Below are positions 62,108 to 64,000 of a DNA stretch of 64,000 nt, one piece after another. The notes below the pieces were generated by a model. That model worked only from the letters and a program-made list of their open reading frames with translations, was not told the origin of the DNA and did not search any database. The number at the start of each line of letters is the position of its first letter. Position 1 is the first letter of the stretch. The position numbers and the translations under genes are program-made. Source of the stretch: Mobula hypostoma (taxonomy: Eukaryota); contig NC_086109.1 of the NCBI RefSeq assembly GCF_963921235.1, positions 30,568,001-30,632,000 on the forward strand, written 5' to 3'.

Positions 62108-62300
62108 TACACACAGCATAGAAACAAGTCTGTCAACCCGTTGAGACCGCACCAATCATCAGCCTCCCCATTTACACTAATCTGATATTAATATAGTTTT
62201 AATCTCCGACCTTCTCTGTGACACTTCCCAAGTTTAACAATTTATCTGCACGCTAGAGGCAATTTACAAAGGCCAATTAACCTATCAAACCACATGTAAG
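62108..62300 (-). mobile_element. V-SINE 3' fragment
   Basis: CACAGCATAGAAACAAG tail and GGCAATTTACAAAGGCCAATTAACCTA. Confidence 0.6.
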
Positions 62301-63275
62301 GTTAGTATTCAACCCTCGTCTCTAGCACTTTGAGGTAGCAACTCTATGAGCTACACCACTGTGGGTTGCCTTGCATGCTCTGCTGAAGCCACTGACAGCC
62401 ATTATCTTGGTAGAATAGCTTGTTAAAACTGTAGGTTTGTCGCTTGAATACCCTGAATTATGGTTGAAAAACCTTCTCTTCGCTTGGTAGATTATTATAT
62501 GGTATTGCTTCATTGCAACTAGTTTAACTGTCATATTATTATTGACTTGGATGTTTGATAAATGGTTGACTTTTATAATGCAGAATGAAACATGTTGAAC
62601 AAGACAACAATGATAGTTAACAGAAAATTGTGCCATGGTTTCTAAATGCAAGATGCTGTATATCACTGACCCAACAACCATTTGTCTAGTTTTCCTTCAT
62701 CTTCATACAATCCTTCTGTTAGGGTGCTTTTGGGTTTAGGAAAAATTGCAAAATATTAGCTATTGACTTCAGCAACCAAATTCAGCCACCGATCTTCAGA
62801 TCTGAATAGGGACTGCAGATTAAATTTAAAATGCATCTCTGGACAATAGGTTCTGAAGAACGGTGAACCACTGTTAAATGGAAAACCATACAAGGCTGAT
62901 TTAACAGTGGTGTAGGTGTGAAGAAGAAGGTGTGAAAGTTATATGTAATTCAAAGGAAGCATTGTAGATATATTGTAAATATAGAATTGTCCTATGATGG
63001 TTAGAATATAAAATGTCATGTAATGTTGGGTCAAGCAGGCCTCTTACTTCAAAACAGTCTCAATGGGATGCCTGCAGTGTCTAATTTTTCAAGTAACTTC
63101 TTTATATTTACCAGCTGCGTGTCACTGGTGACTTTGTTTACGTGACAACATTTGGGATCTCGTTAGGGGATACCACCTTGCAGCCCATGAGGTGGTCAGT
63201 GATCTTAACAGTCTACGCGGGTGAGTATTTTTAAAATTAGCACTCACACTTGGAGCTGTTTGGGTCGGTATTTAC

Positions 63276-64000
63276 TGTCATAAGGGGGGGCACTGGTGGC
63301 GGACCCAAATGCAAGACACAGACACTGAAGTACTAGGAACAGGACTTGACTAGAGAGCTGGGACAAGAACACAGACTTGGGCACGGACTTGACTAGGAAA
63401 GCGGAACCAGGACATGGAACTTGGAACTAGGAGCCTGGGATTGGACTCCGAGCTAGAGACTGGACAAGGACCCGAAACCTGGGTCTTGACTGGGCTCGTA
63501 CTCCGGATCTAGCCGAAGACATGATGAGGCTTGGGTTCCTCGAGGCGCGAGGGTACTTCGAGGCTTGGGTTTGGATTCCGAGCCAGAGACTGGACAAGGA
63601 CCCAGAACCTGGGACTTGAATCGGGCTTGGACTCCAGAACTAGTCGAGGACAAGACATGGCTACAGGACGAGGAGTGGCAACAGGACTGGATGTGAGATT
63701 CTTGGACAGGACAAGGGAACCCCAGTGGAGGACAAGGGAACCCCAACAACGGGCTGGGAGAGACACATGGACAAGACGAGAACACAAAGCCATGGTTTGG
63801 ACAGGACAAGGTTCGTGGATCATGGCTAGGACTGGACGAGACCCCGAAGCCTTGACTTGGTCGAGGGAGAGACAGGAACGCAGAGCCTTGGTTAAGGGAG
63901 AGATAGGAACACAGAGCCTTGGTCAAGGGAGAGACAGGAGCATGGAACACAGAGCCGGGACCTCTCATTGGAAACAGAATGTAGGGCTGGGACTCATTAC
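63276..64000 (-). mobile_element. Second copy of the 52452-53827 LTR-like element, cut by the window edge
   Basis: Begins TGTCATAAGG (reverse complement of CCTTATGACA); colinear with 53130-53827, including the 31-bp repeats. Confidence 0.92.

Noticed and set aside
1..64000. Prokaryotic RT systems (retron, DGR, group II intron) or defence operons
   Set aside because: All RT motifs are of eukaryotic LINE, PLE or Gypsy type, and there is no operon-like gene density.

Overview
This is AT-rich, repeat-dense eukaryotic DNA with no recognisable host protein-coding gene, rRNA, tRNA gene or CRISPR array. The repeat mix (CR1 and Rex1/Babar LINEs, V-domain SINEs, Penelope-like elements, Tc1 transposons, Gypsy LTR elements) suggests an intron or intergenic region of a cartilaginous fish, probably a ray or shark; that assignment is inference. 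Every long ORF is transposon-derived. The best-supported items are: (1) a 5'-truncated Penelope-like element (RT + GIY-YIG, 10-bp TSD) whose 3' terminal repeat carries a minimal hammerhead ribozyme motif at 3300-3337, plus about ten short or decayed copies of that terminus, one with its own 12-bp TSD; (2) a decayed Gypsy element with the unusual PR-INT-RT-RH (Gmr1-like) order; (3) related TGT...ACA solo-LTR-like elements with internal tandem repeats; (4) young Rex1/Babar and CR1 copies; (5) an IR/DR Tc1 transposon and tiny palindromic Tc1 MITEs; (6) a weak candidate spliced minus-strand transcript at about 6.0-10.8 kb. I cannot support a wholly new biological system. The ribozyme-bearing mini-Penelope family is the best lead. 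Boundaries of old repeats are approximate, and family names come from motif recognition, not database searches.
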